The notes: generated by a model not told the origin, from the letters alone. A DNA stretch of 48,802 bases from Gemmobacter sp. (GCA_030834485.1 JAUREX010000001.1:1-48802); one strand, 5' to 3'. Positions 8,221 to 18,505 are shown, numbered from the stretch's first letter. Numbers and translations: made by a program.

Positions 8221-9489
8221 ATGCGGTATCTGCCCACATACGACCTGATGGAAACGGCGCGCAACACGAATGAATGGCTCGGCGCTTCCGCGCGCGCATT
8301 TGCCTCATACCCGGTCTTCGGCATGTTCCCGAACCCTGCCTTCAAGCTCATGTCGGCCTGGGGGCGCGTGACCGAGCGCAGCTTTGCGCGGATGGTGATC
8401 AAGCCCGACTGGGGCATCCAGGCGGTCGTCGGCGACGACGGGCGCGACCATCTCGTGCATGTCGAGACGGTGCTCGACCGCCCCTTCGGCAACCTCATCC
8501 ATTTCCACGTCACCAACCGCCCACCCAAGCCGCGCCGCGTGCTGCTCGTGGCGCCGATGTCGGGCCATTACGCGACTTTGCTGCGCTCGACCGTGATCAG
8601 CCTCCTGCCCGATTGCGATGTCTATGTGACCGACTGGAACAACGCGCGCGACATCCCCGTCTCGGTCGGCAAGTTCGATGTCGAGGACTACACGCTCTAT
8701 CTGGTCGAGTTCATGCGCCACCTCGGGCCCGATCTGCATGTGATCTCGGTCTGCCAGCCGGTGCCCCTCACCCTTGCCGCGACGGCCTATCTGGCGGGCG
8801 AGGACCCCGACGCCCAGCCGCGCACCCTCACGCTGATCGGCGGGCCGGTCGATCCGGATGCAGCGGCGACCGAGGTCACCGACTTCGGCCGGCGGGTAAC
8901 GATGGGGCAGCTTGAATATCTCGCGATCCAGCGCGTGGGCATGAAGCACGCGGGCGTGGGGCGGATGGTCTATCCGGGGCTCTTGCAGCTCGGCTCGTTC
9001 ATCACCATGAACGCCGAGCGTCACGGCCGCGCCTTCGCCGAAAAGATCGTCGCCGCCGCACAGGGCAAGGACGGCGAGCGCGACGCCCACAACCGTTTCT
9101 ACGACGAATACCTCGCGGTCATGGACATGACGGCGGAATTCTACCTCTCGACGGTCGAGCGCATCTTCAAGAACCGCGAGATCGCGCGCAACGTCTTCGA
9201 GGTGGCGGGGCGGCGCGTCGATATCGGCGCGATCAACCGCGTCGCGGTGATGACGGCCGAGGGCGCGAACGACGACATCTCGGCCCCCGGCCAATGCGTC
9301 GCGGCGCTCGAGCTGCTCACGGGGCTTGATGAGGGGATGAAGCGCCACCACCTCGAACCCGGCGCGGGGCATTACGGCATCTTTGCGGGCAAGTCCTGGC
9401 GCAGCAACATCCGACCGCTCGTGCTCAACTTCATCGACGCCCATTCGGGCGGCACGCAGGGGCGCAAGGGCCATCTGCAGGCGGTCTGA
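8221..9489 (+). CDS. phaZ: intracellular polyhydroxyalkanoate depolymerase PhaZ
   Basis: 422 aa. The N-terminus MRYLPTYDLMETARNTNEWL... and overall length fit the intracellular PHB depolymerase family. It is divergent from phaC, and AAGGAGA lies upstream of the ATG. Confidence 0.93.
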   Translation: MRYLPTYDLMETARNTNEWLGASARAFASYPVFGMFPNPAFKLMSAWGRVTERSFARMVIKPDWGIQAVVGDDGRDHLVHVETVLDRPFGNLIHFHVTNRPPKPRRVLLVAPMSGHYATLLRSTVISLLPDCDVYVTDWNNARDIPVSVGKFDVEDYTLYLVEFMRHLGPDLHVISVCQPVPLTLAATAYLAGEDPDAQPRTLTLIGGPVDPDAAATEVTDFGRRVTMGQLEYLAIQRVGMKHAGVGRMVYPGLLQLGSFITMNAERHGRAFAEKIVAAAQGKDGERDAHNRFYDEYLAVMDMTAEFYLSTVERIFKNREIARNVFEVAGRRVDIGAINRVAVMTAEGANDDISAPGQCVAALELLTGLDEGMKRHHLEPGAGHYGIFAGKSWRSNIRPLVLNFIDAHSGGTQGRKGHLQAV

Positions 9490-9495
9490 GCGCGC

Positions 9496-10485
9496 TCAGA
9501 GCCCCGCGGCGAAACGCGTGACCAGATCGGCGACGGGGCCGGTCTGGGCGGGCGAGAGGATGTCGCCCGCGATCACATGCGCCGCCGGATCGACCCCCGG
9601 CCCGGGCTGGATCACGACATCGGTGACGGGCCCGCCCCAGCCGCGCCCGAGCGCCTCGGCCGCGCGGGGCGAGACGACGCGATCGGCCGGCGAGCGCACG
9701 AGCAAAAGCGGCAGCCGCATCGCGCCCGGATCGACCGCCCGCGCCAGCGCCATCAGCTCGGCCATCGGCACGACCGCGCGCGTGGGATAGCGCGTCGTCC
9801 AGAAGCGCGCATGGGCCTCGTTCTCGGCGGCAAAGCTGCGCGTGCGCCCCACGATCAACGGCCCCCACCACCCGACCCCCGGTGCATCGAGAAGTGCCCC
9901 CGCCACCGGGTCCGCAAGCCGCAGATTGGGCGAGACGAAGACAAGCCCCGCGACCGACCCGGCGCCGGGCAGCGCGGCGGCAAGCTCGGGCGTCCCCAGC
10001 CCCGCAAGCGCAAGCGTCGCGCCCGTCGAGGTGCCGAAGACGACCACCCGCTCGCCGATGCGCGCCCCGATCGCCAGCGCCTCGGCCAGATCGGTCAGCC
10101 AGTCCGCGGCAGTGGCCCCGGCCAGCGCCTCGCCGTCGCGGCCATGCCCCGCGAGGCGCGCGAAATAGAGGTTCGCGCCAAGCGCGGCCGCGGCGCGGTC
10201 GGGCACGGGGCGGATCTCTTCGGAGGTCGCGGAAAAGCCGTGCAGATAGACGATCGCGAGCGGCGTGCGCACCCCGGGCGCGGCCGCCCAGAGGATGCGC
10301 TTTTCGGTGCCGGGCGTGATGCCGGGAACGACCCCCTCGCGCCCGGCCAGATAGGCGTCGAGATCGTCGGGGATGGCGGCCGCATCGAGGCGCGGCGGCG
10401 GGGGCACGCGCACCGGGTTCCAGACCCAGAGCCCGGCGAAAGCCAGCACCGCAACGAGGAAGAGAAGGCCAAGGGCGCGCATCAT
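9496..10485 (-). CDS. membrane-anchored alpha/beta hydrolase
   Basis: N-terminal TM helix, VYLHGFSAT oxyanion region and GTSTG nucleophile elbow. The ATGA overlap with the upstream gene is at 10482-10485. Confidence 0.8.
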   Translation of the reverse strand: MMRALGLLFLVAVLAFAGLWVWNPVRVPPPPRLDAAAIPDDLDAYLAGREGVVPGITPGTEKRILWAAAPGVRTPLAIVYLHGFSATSEEIRPVPDRAAAALGANLYFARLAGHGRDGEALAGATAADWLTDLAEALAIGARIGERVVVFGTSTGATLALAGLGTPELAAALPGAGSVAGLVFVSPNLRLADPVAGALLDAPGVGWWGPLIVGRTRSFAAENEAHARFWTTRYPTRAVVPMAELMALARAVDPGAMRLPLLLVRSPADRVVSPRAAEALGRGWGGPVTDVVIQPGPGVDPAAHVIAGDILSPAQTGPVADLVTRFAAGL

Positions 10486-11237
10486 GTCGGGGCTCCGTCG
10501 AGGATCTCTTGGATCGCGCCCTCGATCAGCGAAAGGCAGTCGGGGCTCGAAAAGCGGTGATCGGCGCCCTTGACCAGCGTCAGCCGGATGTCGGGGCCCG
10601 TGGCGTGGGCAAAAAGCCTCAGCGCGGTCGCGACCGGCACGTCGCGGTCGGCCTCGCCCTGCAGGAAGCGGACCGCAAAGGGCAGGTGCAGGGGCGCGCG
10701 CAGCACCCGGTTGCGCCGCCCGTCGGCCAGAAGCGCGCGGCTGACCGGCAGGGGCGCGCCATGCTCGGACGGCAGCGCGACCTGCCCGCCGGCCGCGAGG
10801 CGCGCGCGCCCCTCGGCCCCGATCGCGCGGCCGAGCGCGTCGGTGAAATCGGGGGCGGCCGCGATGCCGACCAGGCCCGCGACCCGCGCGGGCTCGGCGC
10901 GGGCGAGCAGAAGCGCGATCCAGCCCCCCATCGAGGAGCCCACGAGCACCTGCGGCCCGGTCGTCAGCGCGCCGATAGCGGCGCGCGCATCCGCGGCCCA
11001 GGCGCCGATCGTGCCCTCCTCGAACCGCCCCGACGAGGCGCCATGCCCCGAATAGTCAAGGCGCAGAAAGGCCCGCCCCGTCCGCTCGGCCCAGGCGTGC
11101 AGATGCATGGCCTTGGTGCCCGTCATGTCCGAGCGCAGCCCGCCCAGAAAGACGACGCCGGGTGCTGCACCCGGCACCCGCGCCCAGGCGATCCGCCGGC
11201 CCTCGGGGGTCGCGAGGACGCCCCCCTCGGCGGTCAT
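10482..11237 (-). CDS. alpha/beta hydrolase
   Basis: GVVFLGGLRSD and GSSMGG (GxSxG) motifs. I chose the ATG at 11237 because it forms an ATGA overlap with the fabD stop. The track ORF extends to 11336. Confidence 0.8.
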   Translation of the reverse strand: MTAEGGVLATPEGRRIAWARVPGAAPGVVFLGGLRSDMTGTKAMHLHAWAERTGRAFLRLDYSGHGASSGRFEEGTIGAWAADARAAIGALTTGPQVLVGSSMGGWIALLLARAEPARVAGLVGIAAAPDFTDALGRAIGAEGRARLAAGGQVALPSEHGAPLPVSRALLADGRRNRVLRAPLHLPFAVRFLQGEADRDVPVATALRLFAHATGPDIRLTLVKGADHRFSSPDCLSLIEGAIQEILDGAPT

Positions 11238-12151
11238 GCGCGGGCGTCCTCGGGGGTGGAGACGGCGCGCGTCGCGGCCTCGGGCAGGATGCGCCGCACC
11301 ATGCCCGAGAGGGCCTTGCCCGCGCCGATCTCGCAAAACTCGGTCACACCTTGCGCGCCCATCCAGGCGATGCTCTCGCGCCAGCGCACCGCACCCGTCA
11401 CCTGCGCGACCAGCAGCGCGCGGATCCGGTTGGGGTCGGTGACACCCTCGGCCGCGACATTCGAGACGACCGGCACGCGCGGCGCGCGGATCGCGACATC
11501 GGCAAGTGCCGCCGCCATCGCCTCGGCGGCGGGCTGCATCAGCGCGCAGTGAAAGGGGGCCGAGACGGGCAGCATCACCGCGCGCCTGGCGCCGCGGGCG
11601 CGCGCGATCTCGACCGCGCGCGCGACCGCCGCTGCGTGGCCCGAGACGACGACCTGCGCGGGGTCGTTGTCGTTTGCCGCGGCGCAGACCTCACCCTGCG
11701 CGGCCTCGGCCGCGACCTCGGCCGCGGTCGCAAGGTCAAGGCCCAGCAGCGCCGCCATCGCCCCCGTCCCGACCGGCACCGCCGCCTGCATCGCCTGCCC
11801 GCGCAGCCGCAGAAGGCGCGCCGTATCGGCAAGCCCGATCGCGCCGGCAGCGCAGAGGGCGGAATATTCCCCGAGGCTGTGGCCCGCGACAAAGCCCACC
11901 CCCGCCCACGCGCGGCCCTCGGCCTCGAGCGCGGCAAGGGCCGCCATCGACATCGCCATCAGCGCGGGCTGGGCGTTGGCGGTCAGCGTCAGCGTCTCGA
12001 TCGGCCCTTCCCAGATCAGGGTCGAGAGGTTCTCGCCCAGCGCCTCGTCCACGGCCTCGAACACCGCGCGCGCGGCCGGATAGGCCTCCGCCAGCGCGCG
12101 CCCCATGCCGACCGTCTGGGCCCCCTGCCCCGGAAAGAGATAGGCGCGCAT
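11234..12151 (-). CDS. fabD: malonyl CoA-acyl carrier protein transacylase FabD
   Basis: FPGQGAQTVGMG and GHSLGEYSAL active-site motifs; 305 aa. Confidence 0.96.
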   Translation of the reverse strand: MRAYLFPGQGAQTVGMGRALAEAYPAARAVFEAVDEALGENLSTLIWEGPIETLTLTANAQPALMAMSMAALAALEAEGRAWAGVGFVAGHSLGEYSALCAAGAIGLADTARLLRLRGQAMQAAVPVGTGAMAALLGLDLATAAEVAAEAAQGEVCAAANDNDPAQVVVSGHAAAVARAVEIARARGARRAVMLPVSAPFHCALMQPAAEAMAAALADVAIRAPRVPVVSNVAAEGVTDPNRIRALLVAQVTGAVRWRESIAWMGAQGVTEFCEIGAGKALSGMVRRILPEAATRAVSTPEDARA

Positions 12152-12271
12152 CCTGCCCTCCTGCCTGCCGACCGCGTTGCCCGAGGCTTAGCCGCAGGGG
12201 CCGGGCTGCGCAACATCGCGCGGGTGACGAATGGCCTTTCGCGGCGTGGCGCGCGGCACTATGGTCGGCCC

Positions 12272-12685
12272 ATGATCCGCGGCATCGGCCTTTGCGCGCT
12301 TCTCCTGCTGACGGGATGCGCGACCCCCTATGAGACGTGCGTGGCCTCGGCGACGCGCGATCTGCGCGTGCTCGACGGCCTCATCGCGCAATCCGAGGCG
12401 ACGCTGGTGCGCGGCTATGCGATCGACAGCGTGCAGGTGTTCGAGGCGCGCTGGCAGCGCTGCCTCGAGCCGCCGAACCCCGCGACCGACGCCGAGGGCC
12501 GGCCGCTGCCGATGGTCGAGACGCTCTGCCTCGAGAATGTGCCCGTCACGCAAAAGCGGCCCCGTGCGGTCGATCTCGAGGCCGAGCGGCGGCTTTTGGG
12601 CCAGCTGCGCGACAAGCGCACCGAAGCCTCGGCCCGGGCCGAGCGCGAGATCGCGCGCTGCCGCACGCTCTATCCCGAGGGCTGA
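12272..12685 (+). CDS. hypothetical lipoprotein
   Basis: MIRGIGLCALLLLTGC lipobox at the ATG at 12272, inside a longer spurious ORF. Cys-containing 137-aa protein with no family that I recognise. Confidence 0.6.
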   Translation: MIRGIGLCALLLLTGCATPYETCVASATRDLRVLDGLIAQSEATLVRGYAIDSVQVFEARWQRCLEPPNPATDAEGRPLPMVETLCLENVPVTQKRPRAVDLEAERRLLGQLRDKRTEASARAEREIARCRTLYPEG

Positions 12686-12692
12686 GGGCCGC

Positions 12693-13448
12693 TCAGGACC
12701 GCAGGAAGCGGAAGGCCGCGTTGGCCGCCCAGCCCGCAAAGGCCGCGAGCACGAGCGCGAGCAGCCCGTAGACCAGCGGCAGGTCATAGGCGAGGCGATA
12801 GAGGATGCGCTCGAGCCCCTCCTTGCGCACGTCGATCTGGGTCTCGAGCGAATCGACGACGACGCCGGCGCGCAACAGGAAGATGCGCACGTCGAAGAGC
12901 CCCTCGGTCAGGTTCGCGGGCAGCACGAAATCGGCGCGAAAGAGCGTCTCGCCCGCCAGATCGACCGCGCCTTCCTCGAGCAGATAGGCCCCCGTCCGGC
13001 CACGGATGCGGATCAGCGCATCGGTGAACTGGGGCGTCTCCTCGCCGATGCCGACGGCGCGGATGGCGCGCGGGATGCTGATGCGGTGGCGCAGATTGTC
13101 CGTCTCGCTCAGGATCTCCGAGAGGGGGGCGGTGGTCGCGATGGCGTAAAAGGCGGGCGCGGCGCTGATGCGGACCGACTCGGTGTTGATCCACATGCCG
13201 AAGCGGCGCTCCTTGCGGCGCACGGTCACGGGGCCCGACGGCCCCTCGACCGTCACGATCACGTCGAGCGCGCCTTCGGGTGCGGGCGCATCGCGGCGCA
13301 CGGCGCCATAGACGATGATCTCGGAGCCGTCGAAATTGGCGCTGATGCCGATGCGGTTCTGGCTGAGGCCCGCAACGATCGATTCCTCCGACGCCGAGAC
13401 CGGCCCCGCCCCGAGGATGAGGGCGAGCGCGAGTGCGACCCCCCTCAT
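12693..13448 (-). CDS. Alph_Pro_TM / TIGR02186-family membrane protein
   Basis: Signal peptide MRGVALALALILGAGPVSA, a large periplasmic part and a C-terminal TM helix. I chose the ATG at 13448 because of the ATGA overlap with the TauE stop. This family is typically paired with TauE/SafE in alphaproteobacteria. Confidence 0.75.
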   Translation of the reverse strand: MRGVALALALILGAGPVSASEESIVAGLSQNRIGISANFDGSEIIVYGAVRRDAPAPEGALDVIVTVEGPSGPVTVRRKERRFGMWINTESVRISAAPAFYAIATTAPLSEILSETDNLRHRISIPRAIRAVGIGEETPQFTDALIRIRGRTGAYLLEEGAVDLAGETLFRADFVLPANLTEGLFDVRIFLLRAGVVVDSLETQIDVRKEGLERILYRLAYDLPLVYGLLALVLAAFAGWAANAAFRFLRS

Positions 13449-14362
13449 GGCAGGACCCCCGACACGACGGAATAAAGCTCGGACGGCTCGAGCAGGAGGT
13501 CGAGCGCGATCTTGAACGACACCGCAAGCACGAGGATCGCGAGCAGGATGCGCAGCTGCTCGGCCTTGAGGCGGGCGCCGATGGTGGTGCCGATCTGCGC
13601 CCCGATGACGCCCCCGATGATGAGGACGAGTGCCAGCAGGATATCGACCGACTGGCTCGTGTAGGCGTGCATCACCGTCGAGAAGGCCGAGACGAAGATG
13701 ATCTGGAAGAGAGAGGTGCCGATCACGACCCGCGTCGGCATGCCGAGCAGATAGATCATCGCGGGCACCATGATGAACCCGCCCCCGACCCCCATCACCG
13801 CGGCAAGAAAGCCCACGGCGGCCCCGACCGCGACGGGGGGGATGACGCTGATGTAGAGGCCCGAGGCGCGGAACTTCATCTTGAGCGGCAGCCGGTGCAC
13901 GATCAGGTGCTGATGCGCGCGCCGCGGGGCGGCGCCGGCGCTGCTGCGGCGGATGGCGCGCAGGCTCTCCTGGAACATGAGCGCGCCGATGAGGCCGAGG
14001 AATACCACATAGGAAAGCTGCACGAGCAGATCGACCTGCCCCGCCCGGCGCAGGACGTCGAAGACCCAGATGCCCGCCGCGGCGCCGACGATCCCGCCGC
14101 CAAGGAGCACGACGCCCATGCGGAAATCGACCCCCTTGCGCCGCATCTGCGACAGCACCCCCGAGACCGAGGACGCCACGACCTGATTGGCCCCCGTCGC
14201 CACCGCGACCGCGGGCGGGATGCCGATGAACATCAAAAGCGGCGTGATGAGGAACCCGCCCCCCACCCCGAAGATGCCCGACAGAAGGCCCACGATCCCG
14301 CCGAGCCCCAGCAGGAGGAAGGCGTTGATCGAGACCTCGGCGATCGGCAGATAGAGTTGCAT
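13445..14362 (-). CDS. sulfite exporter TauE/SafE family protein (DUF81)
   Basis: 305-aa polytopic protein with repeated GxGGG motifs (GIFGVGGGFLITP, VMGVGGGFIMVP). Confidence 0.9.
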   Translation of the reverse strand: MQLYLPIAEVSINAFLLLGLGGIVGLLSGIFGVGGGFLITPLLMFIGIPPAVAVATGANQVVASSVSGVLSQMRRKGVDFRMGVVLLGGGIVGAAAGIWVFDVLRRAGQVDLLVQLSYVVFLGLIGALMFQESLRAIRRSSAGAAPRRAHQHLIVHRLPLKMKFRASGLYISVIPPVAVGAAVGFLAAVMGVGGGFIMVPAMIYLLGMPTRVVIGTSLFQIIFVSAFSTVMHAYTSQSVDILLALVLIIGGVIGAQIGTTIGARLKAEQLRILLAILVLAVSFKIALDLLLEPSELYSVVSGVLP

Positions 14363-14431
14363 CAGCGCGCGTTCCGCATCCGGCTTGCGCGCGCACCCAT
14401 GAAGAACCCGCGCGCCCTTGTCAAACCCGCC

Positions 14432-15517
14432 CTACCTGACCTTGAGGGTCGCAAGCCCGATCAGCGCGAGGATGAGCGAGACGATCCAGAAGCGGATCAC
14501 GATCTGCGGCTCGGCCCAGCCCTTTTTCTCGAAATGATGGTGGATCGGCGCCATCAGGAACACCCGCCGCCCGGTGCGCTTGAAATAGAACACCTGGATG
14601 ATGACCGAGAGCGCCTCGACCACGAAAAGCCCGCCCACGATCGCGAGCACGATCTCGTGCTTGGTGCAGACCGCGATCGCGCCCAGCGCCCCGCCGAGCG
14701 CGAGGCTCCCGGTGTCGCCCATGAAGACGGCCGCGGGGGGCGCGTTGTACCACAGGAACCCGAGCCCGCCCCCGATCAGGGCTGCGACGAAGATCAAGAG
14801 CTCCCCCGTCCCCGGCACGAAATGGACGCCGAGATAATTGGCGAAATTGAAGTTCCCGACCGCATAGGCGATGATCCCGAGGGCTGCGGCCGCGATCATC
14901 ACCGGCATGATCGCAAGCCCGTCGAGCCCGTCGGTGAGATTGACGGCATTGGCCGCCCCCACGATCACGAGCACCCCGAACGGCACGAAGAAGAGCCCGA
15001 GGTTGATGAGCACATCCTTGAAGAGCGGCACCGCGAGGTGAAAGCCGAGCGCATCGGGCTGACCCAGCGCCGCCGCCCATGAGGCAAGCAGCGCCACGAT
15101 GATCCCGAGCCCCATCCGCACCCGCCCCGAGACGCCGCGGGTGTTCATCTTGGTGACCTTGGCGAAATCATCGGCAAAGCCGATCAGCCCGAAGGCGAGC
15201 GTGACGCCCAGCACGATCCAGACATAGGGGCTCGAGAGCCGCGCCCAGAGGAGCGTCGCGACGACAAGCGCCGAGAGGATCAGAAGCCCCCCCATCGTCG
15301 GCGTCCCCGCCTTGGCGAAATGCCCCTGCGGCCCGTCCTCGCGGATGGGCTGGCCCTTCTTCTGGCGCCGGCGGAGCGCCTCGATCAGCGGCCGGCCGAA
15401 GATGAAGCCGAAGATAAGCGCGGTGAAGAACGCGCCCCCCGCCCTGAAGGTGATGTAGCGAAAGAGGTTGAAGAGGTCGCCCCCTTGCGAGAACTCGGTC
15501 AGCCAATAGAGCATCAC
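14432..15517 (-). CDS. mraY: phospho-N-acetylmuramoyl-pentapeptide transferase MraY
   Basis: 361 aa, with [16 protein letters not shown] and the HHHFE motif. Confidence 0.97.
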   Translation of the reverse strand: MMLYWLTEFSQGGDLFNLFRYITFRAGGAFFTALIFGFIFGRPLIEALRRRQKKGQPIREDGPQGHFAKAGTPTMGGLLILSALVVATLLWARLSSPYVWIVLGVTLAFGLIGFADDFAKVTKMNTRGVSGRVRMGLGIIVALLASWAAALGQPDALGFHLAVPLFKDVLINLGLFFVPFGVLVIVGAANAVNLTDGLDGLAIMPVMIAAAALGIIAYAVGNFNFANYLGVHFVPGTGELLIFVAALIGGGLGFLWYNAPPAAVFMGDTGSLALGGALGAIAVCTKHEIVLAIVGGLFVVEALSVIIQVFYFKRTGRRVFLMAPIHHHFEKKGWAEPQIVIRFWIVSLILALIGLATLKVR

Positions 15518-16965
15518 TCTCCCCCGGTCGGGCCGTCTGCGGCCCGCGCTTCACCCAGCCGCGCCAGCGCCTCGGCCACCGCCGAGACGCGCGAGCCCTT
15601 CGATCCCTTGACGAGCACGACATCGCCCGCATCGACATGGTGGTGCACCCGCCCCGCGAGGGCGGCCGCATCCTCGGCCCATTCGCCGCGCCGCCCCTCG
15701 GGCAGCGCCTGCCAGAGCGCGGCCATCAGCGGCCCCGCGCAATGCACGACATCGACCGCACCCAGCGCGGGCAGATCGGCCAGATCGCGGTGCAGCCGGG
15801 CCGCCTCGGGGCCGAGCTCGAGCATGTCGCCCAGCACCGCGATGCGCCGGCCGCGCGCGATCCGCCCCAGCCCGTCGCGCGGCGCCGATTCGGCCAGCAC
15901 CGCCAGCGCGGCCGCCATCGAGGCGGGGTTGGCGTTATAGGCATCGTCGATGAGGTCGAACGACTGCCGCTCATCCACCCGGTCGAGCACCACGCGCACC
16001 CGGTTGCCGCGCCCCCGCGGCGGCTGCCAGCGCGCCAGATCCGCGACCGCGAGCGCCGGGTCGAGCCCGAGCCCCGCAACGAGCGCCAGCACCCCGAGCG
16101 CGTTCTGCGCGAAATGCCGCGCCGGCGTCATCACCTTGAAGAGGAGCGTACCCGCAGGCGTCTGCGCCTCGGCCACCGTCGCGCCCGGGGCGGCGCGCAC
16201 AAGGCCCATCCGCCAGTCGGCCTGCGCGCCCGCGCCGAAGGTCACGATCCGCGCCCCGGCGGCTTCGGCGCGCGCGATCAGGATCGCCGATTGCCCGAGC
16301 CCCGCGGGCAGGACCGCAAGCCCCCCCGGCGCAAGCCCCGCGCAGATCGCGGCCTTTTCCTCGGCGATGCCCTCGAGGCTCCCGAACGCCTCGAGATGTG
16401 CGGCCGCGATTGTCGTGATCATCACCGCATCGGGGCGCGCGAGGCGCGCGAGCGGCGCGATCTCGCCCGGGTGGTTCATCCCGATCTCGACCACGGCGAA
16501 ATCGGCCGCCGCCGGCAGGCGCGCGAGCGTCAGCGGCACGCCCCAGTGGTTGTTGAAGCTCGCCTCGGCCGCGTGCACCGTGCCCTGCCCGCCGAGCACG
16601 ATGCGCAGCATCTCCTTGGTCGAGGTCTTGCCGACCGAGCCCGTCACCGCGATGACGCGCCCGCGCGCCCGCGCCCGTCCCGCCGCGCCCAGCGCGGTCA
16701 GCCCCGCGAGCACATCGGGCACGATCAGAAGCGGCGCATCGGGCGCAACGCCCTCGGGCACGCGCGACACCATCGCCGCCGCCGCCCCGCGCGCCAGCGC
16801 ATCGGCCACGAAATCATGCCCGTCGCGCGCGTCCTTGAGGGCCACGAACAGATCGCCCGGCGCGATGCTGCGGCTGTCGATCGAGACGCCCGTGGCGGCG
16901 AAGGGGCGGCGCGCGCGCCCGCCCGTCGCGGCTTCGGCCTCGGCCGAGGTCCAGAGCGCGCTCAT
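15514..16965 (-). CDS. murF: UDP-N-acetylmuramoyl-tripeptide--D-alanyl-D-alanine ligase MurF
   Basis: Mur ligase P-loop [13 protein letters not shown] chose the ATG at 16965 ([11 protein letters not shown]...), which forms an ATGA overlap with the murE stop. The track ORF extends further upstream. Confidence 0.94.
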   Translation of the reverse strand: MSALWTSAEAEAATGGRARRPFAATGVSIDSRSIAPGDLFVALKDARDGHDFVADALARGAAAAMVSRVPEGVAPDAPLLIVPDVLAGLTALGAAGRARARGRVIAVTGSVGKTSTKEMLRIVLGGQGTVHAAEASFNNHWGVPLTLARLPAAADFAVVEIGMNHPGEIAPLARLARPDAVMITTIAAAHLEAFGSLEGIAEEKAAICAGLAPGGLAVLPAGLGQSAILIARAEAAGARIVTFGAGAQADWRMGLVRAAPGATVAEAQTPAGTLLFKVMTPARHFAQNALGVLALVAGLGLDPALAVADLARWQPPRGRGNRVRVVLDRVDERQSFDLIDDAYNANPASMAAALAVLAESAPRDGLGRIARGRRIAVLGDMLELGPEAARLHRDLADLPALGAVDVVHCAGPLMAALWQALPEGRRGEWAEDAAALAGRVHHHVDAGDVVLVKGSKGSRVSAVAEALARLGEARAADGPTGGE

Positions 16966-18479
16966 ACCCCCCGCCCCTCGAGCGCTGCGACCGCCATCGA
17001 TGCCTGCTCGGCGTCGTCGAAGGGATAGACCTGCCCCATGATCTCCTGCCCCGTCTCGTGCCCCTTGCCCGCGATCAAGAGCGCATCCCCCGGCCCGAGC
17101 ATCGCGACCCCGCGCAGGATCGCCTCGGCCCGGTCGGCCACCTCGGCCGCGGCGGGGCAACCCGCGCGCACCGCCGCCCGGATCGCGGCCGGATCCTCGG
17201 AGCGCGGGTTGTCATCCGTCACGATCACCGCATCCGCGCCCGCCGCCGCGGCGGCCCCCATCAGCGGCCGCTTGCCCCGGTCGCGGTCGCCGCCGGCGCC
17301 GAGGACGACGACGATGCGCCCCATCACATGCGGGCGCAGCGCGGCAAGCGCGGTCGCGACCGCATCGGGGGTGTGGGCGTAATCGACGTAGACCGCCGCG
17401 CCATTGTCGCGCGTCGCGGCGCGCTCCATCCGGCCGCGCACGCCGCGAAGCTGGCCGAGTGCGTCGAACACAGCCCCCGGCGCATCCCCGCAGGCGATCG
17501 CGAGGCCCGCCGCCACCGCGACATTTGCCGCCTGAAACCCGCCCACGAGGTTCAGCCGTACCTGTCGCGCCTGCCCCTGCCAGATCAGCCGCACCTCCTG
17601 CCCGGTCGCGTCGCAGCGCTGCCCGGCAAGGCGCAGATCGGCCCCTTCGGCCGCCCCCGTCGCGATCACGCGCTGCCCCCGGTCGTGAGCGCGCGCCGCA
17701 AGGATGCGGCCCCGCGGGTCGTCGATGTTCAGAACCGCCGTCGCGCCCTCGGGCAGGAGGCGGCCGAAGAGGCCGGCCTTGGCCTCGAAATAGGCGTCCT
17801 CGTCGGGATGATAGTCGAGGTGATCGCGCGAGAGGTTCGTGAACCCCGCCGCGCGCAGCCGCACGCCCTCGAGCCGGCGCTGATCGAGCCCGTGCGATGA
17901 CGCCTCCATGCAGCCATGGGTGACGCCGGCCGACGCCGCCTCGGCCAGCAGGCGCGCGAGCGTCAGCGCATCGGGCGTCGTGTGGCGCGAGGGCGCCGAC
18001 CACGCGCCCTCGACCCCGGTCGTGCCGAGGTTGATCGCCGCATGGCCGAGCGCGGTCCAGATCTGGCGGGTAAAGCTTGCGACCGAGGTCTTGCCGTTCG
18101 TCCCCGTCACCGCCGCCATCACCCCGGGCTGGACGCCGAACCAGCGCGCGGCCACCCGCGCCAGCGCCACGCGCGCATCCTCGGCAAGGATCAGCGCCGC
18201 CCCGGGGTGCTCGGTCAGGGCCGCGCGCGCGGCCTCGGCCCCGGCGGCGTCGGTCAGGATCGCGACCGCGCCCGAGGCGAGCGCCTCGGCGGCAAAGCGC
18301 GCGCCATGCACCCGCGTGCCCGGCAGCGCGGCAAAGAGCATCCCCGGCCTGACCGCGCGGCTCTCGATCGCGATGCCGGTGATCGGGGTGTCCCCGGCGC
18401 CGGCAGCGGGCACGAGGCCGAGATCGGCAAGGCGCGCGCGCACCGGCTCAGCCACCTCGGACCCCGCGATCTTGCCCAT
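16962..18479 (-). CDS. murE: UDP-N-acetylmuramoyl-L-alanyl-D-glutamate--2,6-diaminopimelate ligase MurE
   Basis: TGTNGKTS P-loop and the DNPR motif (VTDDNPRSEDP) characteristic of meso-DAP-adding MurE. Confidence 0.96.
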   Translation of the reverse strand: MGKIAGSEVAEPVRARLADLGLVPAAGAGDTPITGIAIESRAVRPGMLFAALPGTRVHGARFAAEALASGAVAILTDAAGAEAARAALTEHPGAALILAEDARVALARVAARWFGVQPGVMAAVTGTNGKTSVASFTRQIWTALGHAAINLGTTGVEGAWSAPSRHTTPDALTLARLLAEAASAGVTHGCMEASSHGLDQRRLEGVRLRAAGFTNLSRDHLDYHPDEDAYFEAKAGLFGRLLPEGATAVLNIDDPRGRILAARAHDRGQRVIATGAAEGADLRLAGQRCDATGQEVRLIWQGQARQVRLNLVGGFQAANVAVAAGLAIACGDAPGAVFDALGQLRGVRGRMERAATRDNGAAVYVDYAHTPDAVATALAALRPHVMGRIVVVLGAGGDRDRGKRPLMGAAAAAGADAVIVTDDNPRSEDPAAIRAAVRAGCPAAAEVADRAEAILRGVAMLGPGDALLIAGKGHETGQEIMGQVYPFDDAEQASMAVAALEGRGV

Positions 18480-18505
18480 GCCCGCGCCCCATCCCCACGC
18501 GGGCC

